Below, in pieces: positions 62,673 through 64,000 of a stretch of 64,000 nt of DNA. The translations under genes and the position numbers were made by a program. Under the pieces are notes generated by a model. It saw only the letters and a program-made list of their open reading frames with translations. It was not told the origin of the DNA and made no database searches. The first letter of the stretch is position 1. Every line of letters begins with the position of its first letter. The stretch comes from Podarcis filfolensis (Eukaryota), in assembly GCA_964270895.1 (NCBI GenBank), contig OZ185450.1; one strand, written 5' to 3'.

Positions 62673-64000
62673 TTCTTGGGTATATTAAGAAGGGGCTGCA
62701 CATTGCCTCTGCTTCACTGCAAGGAAGCTCTGCCAGATTGATACAGAACTCTGTGCTGTATGTATTCTGTGAGTTGTACTTGTTTTGCATTTGAAGCCTG
62801 CACCTTCTACTAGGGATCTAGTGGAAGCCTGTATATAGTGCATAAAGTGAAACTGCCTTAATGCTTTGGATCTGTGAGCAAAGGACTGAACTGACTGAAG
62901 AGTTGGAGTCTGACTGAATTTCTCCCAGCACATAACTGCACTGCCACAAGCCTACACGCTTGGCGGGCTGCACACATTTGGCACATGCCATATGCCAACA
63001 GTCTTAATGTCTCTTTTTAGTTGTATAGTGTTTGGAATCTTGCTTTATTAGAACAACAAGAACAATAAAATCACCTACCACCTCAGAGCTATTAATGCTG
63101 ATGCTTTCCACACTGTTTATTTTATATATAAATAATCGTCATCTGCAACAAAAAATTGCCATCAGCCTCCTTGGAAATATGGAATTCTTTAAAACCTTAT
63201 ACCGGATAGTAATGATGCCATTAATCACTATATTTGTAACCTAGATACACCTTGTCTAGATATAGCAAGCACTAATAATGGATTATGCCATCCCCACATT
63301 TTGTGTTTCTTGTTAGAGGTCCATTAATTTCATTGGGTCTACTTGGAGCAGAAACTAGTTAGATATGACCTGGAATTTATCGAAACCTCACATCATTGAA
63401 CTCTTGCATTAAAGGTGCACTTGGGGCTTCTGATAATGCATGACTTTGATCCTAAGCCCCAAAAGAAGGTAGGGACCAATGAGCTCAGTGGATGCATACC
63501 CATAAGTGCCACATTTCAGTTTCAAAGCCACAACAGAGCCATTCCAGATTCTGATTATATCAACCTTGGCAGAAAAAGGTAATGCCAGTGAATGAAGGGT
63601 GCTCTCCCCCAACAATCCCCATTATGAGTTCACAAAATAGAGCTGAACTGTAATCCCCCATCATTGTGAGAGCAGCTATTGAAGCCAGGCAGCACCAGCA
63701 GCACCCACTTGCAGGGTGAAGCAGCTCTTCTTCCTGTCCTCCAAGGAGAGAACAGAAGAGAAAAGGGAACGGAATAAAAAGAAAGAAAGAAAAGCGAAGC
63801 TGGCAGAAGCAACAACCTTCCAGTCATCCCCAAGTTGTAATGGTAACTGATTCCACATTTACGGACCATTATAACAAAAACGGTATCCCCCCTCCTTTTG
63901 TCCGTAACTTGTATTCATTTTAAGGTATGACAGTTTCAAAGGCTCCGCACTGAATAAGCCAGGCTTGCTGAATGTAATGTATTAAACAGTTCACTAGGTT

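Noticed and set aside
63409-63860. Protein-like frames (minus VDIIRIWNGSVVALKLKCG...; plus RVKQLFFLSSKERTEEKRER...)
   Set aside because: No recognisable family, and the lengths are expected by chance in 64 kb. The plus frame is explained by a purine-rich tract.
88-63869. Remaining ORF-track entries (including 42121-42669, 58983-59498, 30073-30576, 33103-33561)
   Set aside because: Low-complexity, microsatellite- or TE-derived, or antisense frames with no recognisable domains. There are no CRISPR-like spacer arrays: the repeated units are dispersed MITEs, not regularly spaced direct repeats.

Overview
This is vertebrate nuclear DNA, most likely from a squamate (lacertid-like) lizard: it carries five Sauria SINEs, CR1 and L2 LINE fragments, tRNA-derived SINEs, many hAT and Tc1/mariner MITEs, solo LTRs and microsatellites. 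There is one 132-nt assembly gap. I recognised no intact host gene, so the window looks intergenic or intronic, and nearly all ORF-track entries appear to be chance or TE-derived. Two things stand out. (1) A 550-bp non-autonomous hAT element (49493-50042; TIRs plus a perfect 8-bp TSD GTCTTCCC) carries a CpG-island-like fragment with the start codon and first codons of what looks like the long isoform of GNAL (G-alpha-olf), i.e. a Pack-type gene capture. (2) Two diverged solo LTRs (12485-12972 and 57450-57962) share a reading frame in their 5' (U3) part whose differences are mostly synonymous, suggesting an accessory protein encoded across the LTR. Family and gene names come from my recollection of consensus sequences, not from database searches. 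Boundaries without a TSD are approximate.
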